A stretch of 64,000 nucleotides of DNA from Podarcis pityusensis. Lineage: Eukaryota. The DNA lies in the NCBI GenBank assembly GCA_964106645.2, contig OZ067042.1. The stretch is one strand, 5' to 3'. Positions 1-12,634 of this stretch are shown here, piece by piece. A model generated the notes under the pieces. That model was not told where the DNA came from and did not search any database. It was given only the letters and a program-made list of their open reading frames with translations. The translations under genes were made by a program, and so were the position numbers. Position 1 is the first letter of the stretch; each line of letters begins with the position of its first letter.

Positions 1-975
1 CCTTTTGAATTCCCGAGTCATGTTAAAACTTTTTAGCATTTTTGGAATTCGGAAGTTGAAAAATTCAGCTCGCCCAAATGGTCACGGGTGATGGGAATTG
101 TATCTTAAAACATCTGGTGTGTCCCAGATGTTAGGGTTAGGGAAGGGAAGCAGTCACTTGAAGCTACTAAAGCAAGAAAAGATGGTCACATGCAGTGCCC
201 ATATACAACACTTCTGCATACTTGTATACTTCTGTAGACATTTGATGTACATATATTTTTAAGTTTAACCATAAGAGGGTCCGTGGTATAGGAATGTTCA
301 AGCCATATTGTGGTTATTAAACTGAGATTAATTCACAGTTTCCCTGTTCAGATACAGCAGGAAACTGTAGTTTAAAGTATAACCAGACCATGGTAGTCCC
401 AAAGCTGATTTGCCAGGCTGATTTTCAGCCTAGTAAATCATGGGCTATTGAGCTGAGATCATGATGTGTAATTCGTTGTTGGAGTTACAAAATGTTTAGA
501 ATTCCCGTCCTCTTTCGTTCTCACCTTATCAGTGTTGTTTCTTCTCCATTGTTCTTAAACCCCTATAGGTATATGTACGTACTGTGTTCACACCATTTTC
601 TTGGCTCTCTTCATGCATTTAATTAAATAGGTTGTTGCCTCCCAAATCTCATGATGCTATGAGCTATTTCATTTTTAAGCGGTCAAAACTCCCCCCCTCC
701 TTTTTTTAAATATAATGACTGACTTTTCATCAAAATTAGGTACTATTTTAAAACCTCCTCAGTCAAGCTGAGTGTGACAGGTGCAGACTTTGCCTGAAGT
801 ACAAATGCTGACGTACTGTGCCTCTGGTGATTCAGCTGCTCTCTGCAGTTCGCCTCAAGGTTTAGGCATTGTCTCCTGATGACAATCCTCTGGAATATGA
901 GAAATGTTGATATGGTTTATCTGCCACATATAACTAGCAACCATTAATGCTGTGAGCTGCCTTGGGTCCTGCACT

Positions 976-1276
976 GAACATAAGAAGAGCCTTCTGGATC
1001 AGGCCAGTGGCCCTTCTAGTCCTGCATCCTGTTCTCATGGTTGCCAACCTGTAGGAAACCGGCAAGCAGGACTTGAGCACAAGAGCACTGTCCCCCACTC
1101 CACCCCTAGTTTCCAGCAACTGGTATTCAGAAGCATTACTTCCTGGGCTGGTATCCACTGATAGTCTTATCCTCCATGAATTTGTCCTGTTGTCTTTTTA
1201 AGCCACCCAAGTTGGTGCCCATCCCTGCCTCCTGCAGGAACAAGTTCCATAGTTCTACGTACTGTGTTAAGAAGAA
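976..1276 (-). mobile_element. CR1-type LINE 3' end fragment
   Basis: gaacataagaagagcc..ctggatcaggcc..gtcc.gcatcctgtt is the typical reverse complement of a squamate CR1 3' terminus; recognised by eye. Confidence 0.55.
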
Positions 1277-1286
1277 CGGTGTAGAG

Positions 1287-1422
1287 CAGGGTTTCCCAAA
1301 CTTGGGTCTCCAGCTGTTTTTGGACTACGACTCCCATCATCTCTAGCTAGCAGGACCAGTGGTCAAGGATGATGGGAACTGTAGTCCAAAAACAGCTAGA
1401 CACCCAAGTTTGGGAAACCCTG
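1287..1422. mobile_element. hAT-type MITE (136-bp palindromic element)
   Basis: TIR CAGGGTTTCCCAAACTTGGGT; 8-bp TSD gtgtagag/gtgcagag with central TA. Confidence 0.88.
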
Positions 1423-1563
1423 GTGCAGAGGATCTAGGAAAGTGGGTACTGGCCTGCCATCAACATCTCTGTGGCCTCGCCCCTTCGTCTCCTGAACACA
1501 AAGTCTGCTAGATGATTCTGACAGTGTTTAGCTGAATTATAGTGCCTGCACACTGTTGCTGTT

Positions 1564-1596
1564 TGTGTGTGTGTGGTGTGTGTGTGTGTGTGTGTG
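1564..1596. repeat. (TG)n microsatellite, interrupted
   Basis: seen directly. Confidence 0.9.
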
Positions 1597-2093
1597 GAGG
1601 GGAGGAATACAGGTGCACACTAGAAATGCAGGCATGCATCATTAAAGTGGGTTAACTGCTCTTTCAGTGTAGTGCAGGGGTGGGGAAATCCACATTAAAA
1701 AAGGAACACAGACTTTTTGTGGTTAGGAAAGTGACAGGGGAATGCGCTGAAAAGTATGAGGTGAATGAATGATTAGCAAGACGACATGTAAACACCCCAC
1801 AAGCAAATCAGGATCAATGCTCTTTGTTGCAAATCAGAATGAATGCTCAATAAAGATTGGGCGTAATCTAACCACTACATAAGTTTTGTGCAAAGCTCAT
1901 CAGGATGGATGCTGAATAAACAGAGCTTCTGGAGGTGGCCCTTTGGTTGAGAGAATCACATGGAAGGTTCTAACTGGGTTCAAGTGAATGTGGTTAGAAT
2001 CCTGCTTCAGGCCTTCATGCTAAGCAGTTTGGGGAAGAAGTTTGAATGTGTGGGGACATCGTGGGTGGGCCTTGCATGCCTTCTCCTCACTGT

Positions 2094-2097
<4 letters not shown>

Positions 2098-2133
<36 letters not shown>
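2098..2133. repeat. (GT)n microsatellite
   Basis: seen directly. Confidence 0.95.
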
Positions 2134-2134
<1 letters not shown>

Positions 2135-5100
2135 GTAATGCCTAAATGCCTTTCAGCATACTAAAATATCACAAGACAAGCCACACTTTCCAACATGTGG
2201 GTGTGTAGAAAGGGGTGCAGGGTTTCTTTTTTAAAGTCACACATATTAACCCCCCCCAAAAAAGCAAATTTATAACCACTGCTATGTGGAGAAAGCAGTT
2301 TGTGTGAGGTGTTGATATGAGCTATAGCTGGATGGGAATGTTACACATGTGTATATAACATTAAATCCTCATAAATGGATCAAATAGACATCACATGTGC
2401 TGTGTGTATTTCTTAAATGATCTAGTAGCTAGGAGAATTGTCTAGTTAACCCTTACCCTGGTTTATAATTCAAATTTTACTCTCAGGGATATTGTTGTGA
2501 GATAAATTATAAATAATATGATAGTGAAGTGAAGCGTGTGCTAAAACAATGGACTGATTTTAAAATGTGGGTGTTAAAGTTCAGCTATGGCAACCTTTCC
2601 CTGAATTATACAGTGGCATTTAAGGTTTCAAGAGCATATATTTAAGTTGTCAAATTAATTGAATTGATGACTTTAATGCAGGTGAGCAGGTTGACAAGTG
2701 TTGATGATTCATGACTCGCAGAGGATGCTTATAGCTGCTGTTTTTACAGACCTCTGATACAGTATGTATGTGTTTAAAAATAGGCACAAAGTGTGGAAAT
2801 AATAATTATCACCTCAGCAAAGCCTAACACCACCAGAAAGGGCAGACAGATCTACAAGGCAGATACTACAAGGTTGTGGTTGTAACACTGAGAACACGTC
2901 TCAACGTGTCTCATTGAGATTTCAGAGATTAAATGTGATGTTAAAATGAAAAAAATAGTGACTATTAGCAAATCACGAACCTTTCTCAGTTGACTGAGAC
3001 AGACCCATTGGCACCAACAGAGTATAATAAAATTCTTAAATTTAGTCACTAAACTACCACTTCTGTACTACATCTGACAGTCTTAAGTACACACTAATTA
3101 TACAGTAAGTAGACAAGAGGTTTCTAGAATGTAACACGTGTCCACAGGTCCTTGTAGTGTGTCCTGTCAGTGAGTCCTTGAAAGATTAACGGGACATTAT
3201 ACATTTCTGTTAAATTACAGAGTTCACATGTGTTGTACCTTAATATCACAATGGTGTTCATTTATAATCCCAAAATCAAAACAAATAAATCAGAATTTTA
3301 AAATTCAGCATATCCCAGCAAAGCTTTAAGATCCAGTTTTCAAACAAATTGGAAATATTTTGCTGTCAAAATATGTACTGTTGGGAGGAAAAGGTCCAGT
3401 ATTAAATGCTGTTGTAATACCGAGTTGGGGGAAGTACACAAAAGAAAAAGTTGGATGTATACTATTGAATAAGTTCCGTCAGTGGGTGCAGGACAACTGA
3501 AAGATGTAATGCATAAATGCACACATTTTTACTTGCTGACATTGACTTGGTTCATGGCTTCAGGCGGAAAGGGAGAGATGCCATTTTGGCTACCTTTCTC
3601 CTCCAAACAAACAAGCAAACACTGCAAGTAAAAAGGAAAGGGGGGGGGGACCTTAGTCCATCAAGAAGAAAACTCACATCCAGTCTGAAGTGGTACAGTC
3701 CATTCTGCCACCTAAGTATTCTAACAGCACATTCTGCTCCATGAGCAGGGCTGGCTCACATAAAGCAGAATCTTGAGGTCATAGAATGGAGCATACCATT
3801 TCAAACTGGAATTGAGGAGGGAGGTGCCTTTAAAAAAGACCACATTTCCCATGTAAAAACTTGCTGCAAAGCAACCCCCCCCCAAGGTTCTAGACCAGCC
3901 CACTTCCCCTAGTACTAGTTTTTTGGGGTGTGTGTTTATTTGGTTGTGAATCTTTGTACTTTTATCCATTTACTGTATTTATTTTTCCAGATTTGAACTA
4001 TAAAATGGTGATTTTCTTGAGTCAAAATGACCCTAACATTTTAAAGAAAAAAAGCACTGTATAAGCCTCAATTTCTGGAAGTTGTTGGTAAAGCCTCTCC
4101 TCCTACCAGAGGGGAGGTGTTGTGAGAGGGAGCCGTTCCTGCATTGGCAGGGGGGCGTTTTTGGCCCCCTGTGTCAGTTTCCCGGCTGCCGCACCACGCC
4201 AGTCAGCCAGCCAATAGGGCTGGCTTAGGGTGAGGTTTAGCCACATTCAAGCGGCCGCGGCGGCCCCATGTCCTCATTCTGCTAATTAAACATCATCTGC
4301 CCTCAAAAAAAAAAAAAAAAGTTACAAGAGGGCAGCTATTTGTATAAAATTTGCATATGGAGATTTACATGTTTTAGTGCAGATTTAGAAAGGGTTGTTT
4401 TAATTTAAATAGAAATGCTATGCATCTCACCATAGCGGGGAAGAATGACCAAGTCACCTGTTTGCTTGCTCAGTTTGCTGCCAGCTGTCTTCTGGTGATG
4501 GGCAGCTTCAGGGCTCCTGTTCTGCTTTCTAATGGTTTTTTAAAAAAATCTTTAAACTGGATGCAGTCCTTCAAAACAGAGGACTTCCTTCTGTGAATTA
4601 AGACTCCTGGCCATCCTAGCAAGGAAATAAAACACATTAGAGGAAACAGGAGCTGTAGAAGCCTATGTGAATCCCTGAAGACTTGTCAAGAAATCTCTGG
4701 TTTGAAGACTGCTGAAATGGTTCACTCCCTTTAGGTATTTAACTGTCAACGGCAGAGGTTTGATGGACCCATGTGGGGTGGGTAGCAGGGCAAGACTAGG
4801 CAGAAGGGAACGGTGTGGGTAAAAGAATCAAATGCAAGGTAGCGTAAAAAACCTTCCCCATGATTAGATTTAAGCAAGCTTGTGATATATAATTACTGCC
4901 TCAGATGATTAGATTATGGTTCAGGCATCTGAAGCAGAAGGGAGACTTCAGAGGCAGAGGTAGCAGGCAAGACAGGAGATTTATACCTCTTTTTATTACA
5001 TATAAAACTAAGTCACTAAAGTTAACAGACCATTTTTTTCTGTCACCTTTTTTTTGCAAGTGGCAAGTAAGCGTTTCACACATGGATCTCCAAAGTTGTG

Positions 5101-7579
5101 TGCGTATTTATTTGTATATTTCTTTATTCAGGTATTTAGGTAGTTCGCAAAATGACTCACCACTTGTTTTGAGCATTTAATTGTAACACCCGGTAGGGCA
5201 GTAATGTTATGGAAGCCATAATACATTGTTAACAGCTGGCTGGTGTTTTAAGACTCCTTCGGAAACTTAGGAGGTAATTCTTAGAGTTTTTAAATAATTG
5301 AACCTGTCAACACAGTCATGCACAGAGTTTTTAGAACCTTTTCTTCCTCCCTTTTCAAAAAATGAATACTGTTTTTTGTCAAAAACTGTAATGCAGCATA
5401 ATTGGCTAGCCTGAACTGGCAGAACAAAGCCCAACATAAAATATATGATGGAAGTTACTGAAATAACAGTCACCTTTAAGTCAAATCTTACATAAAACCA
5501 ACCATGCATACCTTTGGGAAATTGTTACTTAGGCTACTTATTTTTTTAAGTGTATAGTAACAATGAGGTAGGTGTTTTTCTCACAATATTCCTGGTTTGT
5601 CTAAAGTGGTGCTGCTTAACTGCCTTCGCTATAGGTCTGGTTCATGTCAGTAAGTGGGTCAAACCGGTGGGCGCAATCCAACATAGACGCTTGAGTTTAT
5701 ACAATATGAAATCATACTTTAGTGATACATGCATGAATTATACAGTAAGTCTCCAGCTAGTATGCTCCCTTTCCCCCTTCTGCATTTGCACACGAGGACA
5801 GGAGATTTCAAACTGATATGTAAGCTTTGGAACAAACTTCAGTTTCCCATTTAGCCTGAATGAGTGGAAGACGAGGGTTTGTTCAAAGCGTTGTTTGAAC
5901 AAGATTAAGACAGCATTGGAAATGGCTGTGGCATGTGTAAACAGCACCACCCTCTCGCACCCAGAACTCACGTATCACAAAGAAAGGCTGAGCTGGTAAC
6001 CACAAATATGTGTCAGTCAGCTTCCAGAATCCAAAAGGTCAAGCAAGGGGGGCATGAGGGGGGTCGCTAGGCTAGCTTAGTAGCTCCAAAAGAAGTAAAG
6101 GTGAAGGACATTGTCATTTTTTTGCCTTGAACATCAAAATGCCTTGGGCCAGCCATTGAATATCCAGCCCAAATGGCTACAATGCCTATCTGCTGTGGCA
6201 TAACTTTTATTAATACAAAGAGATATCCAAGGGCAGTTTTAAAAAATAGCACACCAAAGCAGCTCATCTTTATGCTGTAACTTCCGGTGATTGACTGTAT
6301 GATGTAGTTGATGAATGCATCGTTGCTTTTCCGCTTGTACACTGTGGTGTCCCAACATAGCAGGAGTTTTCAGGTTATTCAGCATCTCTGCCTGCCAAGG
6401 TTATGGTTTTTATTTTTAAACGTGACAGCTTTATTTCGTGAAGCCACTTACATTTTAAAATTCGTTTTAACATCTCTTTTTTTTTCCTGTATTGCTACCA
6501 AGTTTTGAAAGTGCAGAGATAAAGAGAACAGATTGAAACTTTTTTTTTTTAATCCTCTGTTACTAATTATTTTCTTTTGGAATGGAGGAAGGCAGGTTTT
6601 AGTTCAATTTAGCTGCTCTTGCTCATACCAAAGCTTCTTTGCCAGGGCCAACACAAGATGCTTTGTCATCTGAGGAGAGGCAGACCAGCTACATCTGCCT
6701 CCTTGTGGGGGTGGCTCCCATCATCTCCTCTTCCTCCTTCCCCCACTGCTCCCACTTTCTCCTCTAGTCCACCCACCTTGTGGCCTTTGAGGTCTTATCA
6801 GCCATGTCTTATTTGGAAGAACATAGGGCCCTTTCTCAGAGCAGCACATCGTGGGCAGGGTAGCTTTGGAGAGTGCCTGCCCGCAGTGACTGACACCTTT
6901 GTGGTTAAAGTTTGGCAGTTTAGTACTATTTGCCATCATGAGCAATACACAAACAGACCTGCTTCAGGTCCAATTCGCCCAAAATGTTCCGTGCTGAGAA
7001 AGGAACCTCCTGAGATCAAGGCAAGGCAGGCAAGAAGTGAGCTGCCACCACATTCCTGTAGCTTCCAAGTGGCAGTAGCATTTCCAGAGAGATCAGCAGC
7101 AGTCAGCCAATCGGCTAGCCAGCAAAACAGTAGCAGGTAATGAGCATCTTGCAGGTGAGAGAGGCTGTAGGCTTGTGGTAGCAAGTGGATGGGCCTGGGG
7201 TGGCACTAATCCAGTGCCTCTTCCCATCTGCTGCCTGAGGCAAGGGGCTCAACGTGTGTGCTGCTACTGAGTTTCTGGCAAATTATTTCTTTCTTCCAAG
7301 TTGAAGGTTGATTGAGGAAAGAGCATTAAACACACTGCAACCTGATTTATAAGGACTGTACAGTCTTTGTTCTGAAAGCTCATCATTGTGGATGGCAAAA
7401 AGGACTTGCTGGGTCATTCTAGAACGAATGTCCAAGGGAATTATGATGTTTCTCCTTGCAGAAAATGGCTCTTTCAATACTCAGTCCTACTTGCTTTCAC
7501 CATCTTTATGAGATTGATATTCCAGAGGTCACCTAACTAACAATGAGCACATTTACTTGGCAGTACCTTCCATTGAAAC

Positions 7580-7909
7580 TGGCGCTGTGAGTTAAATAGG
7601 GCTTGCTGATCAGATGGTCAGCAGTTCGAATCCCCGTGACGGGGTGAGCAGCTCGGTCCCTGCTCCTGCCCACCTAGCAGTTTGAAAGCACATCAAAGTG
7701 CAAGTAGATAAATAGGTACTGCTCCGGCGGGAAGGTAAACGGCATTTCCGTGCGCGGCTCTGGTTTGCCAGAAGTGGCTTAGTCATGCTGGCCACATGAC
7801 CCAGAAGCTGTACGCCGGCTCCCTCGGCCAGTAAAGCGAGATGAGTGCCACAACCCCAGAGTCGTCCATGACTGCACCTAATGGTCAGAGGTCCCTTTAC
7901 CTTTACCTT
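7580..7909 (+). mobile_element. Sauria SINE
   Basis: tRNA-like head with B-box gttcgaatcc, core gtgcaagtagataaataggtac, 3' (ACCTTT)n tail. Confidence 0.9.
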
Positions 7910-9249
7910 CATTTATTCATGATCCTTTACTCAGTGTAAATATTTTCCCCAAGAATCCTTTTCAGTCACATGTTGCCCTGCCAAGCTCTCTTCAACTTTT
8001 ACACCTCTTTGCATAGTGACTCCTTGCTTTTGTCCTTGAAGTGCCCTTCTCAAAATGTGCCAGTGATGCTGCTTAATTGGATGGATGGATTTGGTACCAA
8101 GACACAGTATGTTGCCTTCAGTAGAGTGTGAATGAGAGAATCTGAGTTCAGCAACAAACTTAATCCTGTTCTCCAGGCCAGCTGGCTAGTGTCTATTACT
8201 TAAGAGGCATAGATAGCTGTTTATCTGAAATGGGTGACCTATATAAAGGAAAGACTATGAAGCTACTTTTGTGACAGACTTCCTGCCTTCTCTTCCTGTA
8301 ACTCAAGGTTACAGTTCCATCTGCCAGGAAGCAATGATATAAATAGACTGCAGTAAAAGCCATAACCCCCGTATGCTAACCTTCACCTTTGGAACTTGCA
8401 CACGGCAGGTTAAGAAAAGCCTGTCTTCCTGCTTCCCAGTTTTCACTTTGGACTGTTGGGTTTAAATGCAAATTTGTCCTGTTCTGGATTGGAGACAGGG
8501 CCTTTCTGAAAGTTCAGTGTTCCCTTTAAGTGGGGAAGTCTTTGCAAAAGCAGGTTCCTGCAGCTGAAAGCTAGGATCAGAGTCAATGGGAAACCAAAGG
8601 TAAGGCAAGAGAAGCAAAGACAACTCAACAAGGCTGCGGTCCTGTTCATGTTTACCTAGCAGTAAGCTCCATTAAGTTTGTGAGACTACAGGCAAGCAAC
8701 ATTTTGGGTGGCTTTCCACATTACTGAGGGTTACTTAAACATCAGATGAGAAGATTTGCCACAACATATGCATTCAGTAGATGGCCTTAGTCAAACCTAT
8801 GTCCTTTACATTTTCTTATTTGTTTATATTTTTTATGTACAAAGATTCATATTCTGTTTTATTTACAGATGTTTCAAGGTGGCTCACAATGGAAAAAGAT
8901 AATAAAAGATATAATAGGCATAATAAAGTAAAAAATAAAAAACAGTAGCCAAGAGCTTAAAATTAGTAACATACATAAATTCGCAGCCAGTTTAAAAGAT
9001 CCACAGCACTAATCACAAACCAAGGAGATGAGAAATCTTTAAAAGGACAACTCAGATGACATTAGCATCCTGAGAGAACAATATTTGCCTTTGCCTGGGA
9101 ACTGTAGATTTTTAAGTGTGCTCAAAGCCAGATACCCCTTTTCTCCGCATTGGGCTATGATTTTCATAGTGGTTTAACACTCAGACCCTCTTTCCAGGTA
9201 ACTCATAAAAAATCCAGATGTCAGTTATATTAAATACATCATCTGTTGT

Positions 9250-9980
9250 TAAAATATGATTGTAAACAGGGAAAGGACACAGGAAGTAGCATAAACATGG
9301 GATTTAAATTATAGGGGGAAACATAATTTTTCACTGAATACAGATGTAAGAAAAAAATTGGTGCAAAGTTATGGCACAAATTTAACTTCTGTAATTTACT
9401 GGAGCGATAAATAAATCATTCACAAACAAGTTGGAGGTGCAAAAAGGAGAATGGAACATATTAACATATGTGATGGACATGTAGCTTTGTACAAAAATAC
9501 TGGAAGGTGGTTAATAGAATAATAACAAAATGGGAAGTTTTCTTGGATCCAGTATTGATATTTCTAAACTACATGTCACCTGTCCTAAAAAAGAACATAA
9601 GTAACTTTCCTCCTATTTGTTAACAGCTGCAAAGATGGCATTGGCTCAAAATAGCATCACAAGTTGCATTACTCCCTCCCTGGAAAAAAATGGCTTAATA
9701 AAGTTTGGTATTTGCCTCTAATGGCAAAAATAACGGTGTTTAAGAGCAATAATGGCAAGTGAATATAGAAATCAGTTGTGGGGAGCGATAAATAAATCAT
9801 ATTGTCAAGAAAATATTTAACCACCTGCAAAAACAAATCCAAGTAGGTTTAGAATTCTCTTAGAAGAAATATATTCTGTTAATTTACATTTACTTGCAAA
9901 TTATTAGGATGTGAAATATTAATTTTTTTCTGGAATAGAGTTTTGTTGATTATCAGTAATAATTGTCAAAAGATGAAATT
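9250..9980 (+). mobile_element. Decayed L1-clade LINE ORF2 C-terminus and 3' region
   Basis: 9429..9482 reads SWRCKKENGTY*HM*WTC (degenerate CCHC knuckle), followed by fragments like QKYWK, TAAK.ALA and WLNKVW; stops and frameshifts; boundaries approximate. Confidence 0.7.
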
Positions 9981-11602
9981 TTAAAAAGAGAACTCTGAAG
10001 AAGAGAAGAGGAAGCTTTGATTTGGCTCGTCAGTCTAATGGACAATGCAGGAACAGGCATAGATGCAGACAGTGCGAGGAAGCAGAGGAGAATTGTAATG
10101 AGAGGAGAGAGAAAGAAAGGAGAGCCAAAGAGCAGTGAAACAGCTATCCTGTTGTTTCTGCAACCAGGAAGCCGTGGCTTCTTCCAGGAGCCCAGCTGTA
10201 TGAGAGGCTGGTCCTCATTTCAGTCTCTTTTATTCCCCAGTGCTGGAACTAGGGAGACTTTGTGTGCCTAGTAAGTAGCCTGAACCCACTAAAGGCATCT
10301 TGTAATTGAATTGACCTGCATCTGGTCATGTCATCATCCTTAGGGGACCAAATGGAGTCTGACTCATCTACCCTCATCAAACATTCCAAGGCTCAGCACA
10401 ACATAATAGACCATGTTTGTGTTTTTGAGAACCAGCGAGAGGAGATTTGGCATCTGGCATCCTAGGTAGGAAAGGGGCTTGGCACAGGGCATGTGGTACT
10501 TAACTTCTGGCAATCTGGCAAGTGGAGGCTTGGTGTCAATTATCAAGGCACTACACAGCCAAGATTTATCAAAGACTGCAGATCCTGCACACATCTGCTC
10601 TCTTGCCTTTTCCCTATGAATTTCAATAAATCATAAATGCAATTCATTTTACTTGACAGGTCTGTGGCTCAGCACTTGGATGCCCATCAAAATGATTGGG
10701 GGCTGTTCTATAGGCTAGGGGAGCAGATGGCTCCAGTATAGCAATTTGCTGAAGACACCGTTTTGCATCATCCTAAGAGACATCAGAAATAAGAACTGTG
10801 CTTCGTTTTCGGAAATGAAACACTGGAAACTAAATTTGATAACACTTGGCCCTCTGCCTTTCTTGAGTGATTCCTGGGGTTGGATTTTGCTTTCCCCAAA
10901 AGGAAGATAATGCAAAACAACATTTTCATTTCTAGCCTTTAGCTGACTCCAGCTTCTGCAAAAGATGTTTGCCCAGACGCTGAAGGAGCTCAAGGGAGCA
11001 ATGATTTTGAGAAGCTCAGTATTCAGTTATGATACTGTTGGGAAATCATTCTTATTCTAAGCTATCTTCCCCCACCCCCCTTAAAGTATAAGATCATGCT
11101 GTGATCTCCCCCTACCATGTATCCAAATGAATTCAATTTGCTTCCAATCTGAACCGACAGAATTGAGATATGAAAATGAGTTGGCGAACGCTCCGCTTAG
11201 CTGGATGCGGTACAAAGGAAAGTAACATGGTACCAGTCAATGTGAGCACACCATCATTTGGCTCTGCCACCTTGGTGCCCCCCAACTGTTTTGGAGGACT
11301 GGCCATCAGCTGGCTGGGAGGGTACCAGGTCAGCAAAGGCTGGGCTAACTAGGCATGACTGATGCAGACCTCTGTCTCCATTAGAAATGTGATGCTATAT
11401 TACTATAGCAGGAGGTGGGGGCGATTTGAACCATGGAAGAGATGGGTGGGAGAAAGCCCTAGACTCTTCTCCAACTTTATCTTTGCTTTCCACCTTAAAC
11501 CTTCCTTTTCCCCACTGCAAAGCTCCATGTCTAGCTCTACCCACCTTTCTGAGGAATTCATTTGTCAAATAGGCAGTCCACATTTCCCTGTGTCTATAAA
11601 AC

Positions 11603-11686
11603 TGCAGTCCTAACTGTGTTTACTCAGAAGTAAGTCCTATTGAATTCAATTAGGCTTACTCCAAGGTAAGTGGGGTTAGGATTGCA
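11603..11686. mobile_element. Short palindromic MITE-like element (~84 bp); degenerate relatives near 23035, 40555, 49270, 52895, 56650, 62460
   Basis: Ends TGCAGTCCTAAC / GTTAGGATTGCA, central palindrome ATTGAATTCAAT flanked by gtaagtcct / aggcttac. Confidence 0.65.
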
Positions 11687-12563
11687 CCCTAAATTTTTAA
11701 TTCTATCTCTGTTTACAAGATACCAATTTCAGTAATTACCATTGCAGTATATTTCAGGGTAGTATAGAAGTGAAATTATCAGTAGACGTAAGTTTTAATT
11801 CAGAATCCGAACCTCAGCCTTGAGGGACTAGAGAAGTCTCAATACCACTGTTAAAAGAAACCATGACATCTTCAGAAAGTTCTTCCCTGCACTAATTTGA
11901 ACAGTTAAGTCCATGTTGCATACTATTTAAGCAGCCAATTGACAAAATATTATGTGATATTGCAAGCAAATTTATTGCTGGCAGTAAATTTTTTGCTGTT
12001 TCTTCTTACACTGAACAGAAATACGTATCCAGCAATTCAGATATCAATATTTTAGTAGATAAAACACAGATAACGTGAATAAATTATTCTATCTTTAGTG
12101 GCATTCTAGATCCTGGAGCTATGTCTTTCAGCTTTCCGTAAACTAAGATTTGGTTCAAAATGTTACAAAGAAGCAACATAAGCAGAAATGTAAATGTCTT
12201 GGACCTTTGCTTTCCTTCTGAATACCTGAAATGGGACTTATTTCAGCCATGATGAAATCCATGGTCTTCAAGTCATTTGTTCTGAGTTTTTAACACTTCC
12301 TAACATTTGAACCAGCTTTGCAGTCCTCCTGGGTTTTGGCACACAGAAAACAGTAGGTTTTAATTTGTAATTTGGTTACCCATTTCTAGATTATCACATA
12401 AACAGGACTTCTAGAATTCAGTAGTACCTTGGCACAACATTGAACAGGGAGGGCAAGGAGAAAAAGCAGAGAAAAGCACTTAAATGTGGCCTGCTGAGTA
12501 ACTACAGGTTAGCAACCTCTCAACAGGATCTATCATCCACTGGAGCAGCCTTTATAGCTGTCA

Positions 12564-12634
12564 TCAGCCAATGATCTCCGGTATAAAAGTACAGAATCTA
12601 TTTCTGTCCTTTTATACCGGAGATCATTGGCTGA
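12564..12634. repeat. Near-perfect inverted repeat (71-nt hairpin, 32 of 33 bp paired)
   Basis: tcagccaatgatctccggtataaaag-t-acagaa [tctat] ttctgt-c-cttttataccggagatcattggctga. Confidence 0.95.

Noticed and set aside
6619-7140. 173-aa intronic ORF
   Set aside because: Non-ATG start, Pro/Ser low complexity, no similarity to the missing SPHKAP N-terminus
7580-7650. tRNA gene (B-box gttcgaatcc; also near 48590)
   Set aside because: These are tRNA-derived heads of Sauria SINEs, not complete cloverleafs
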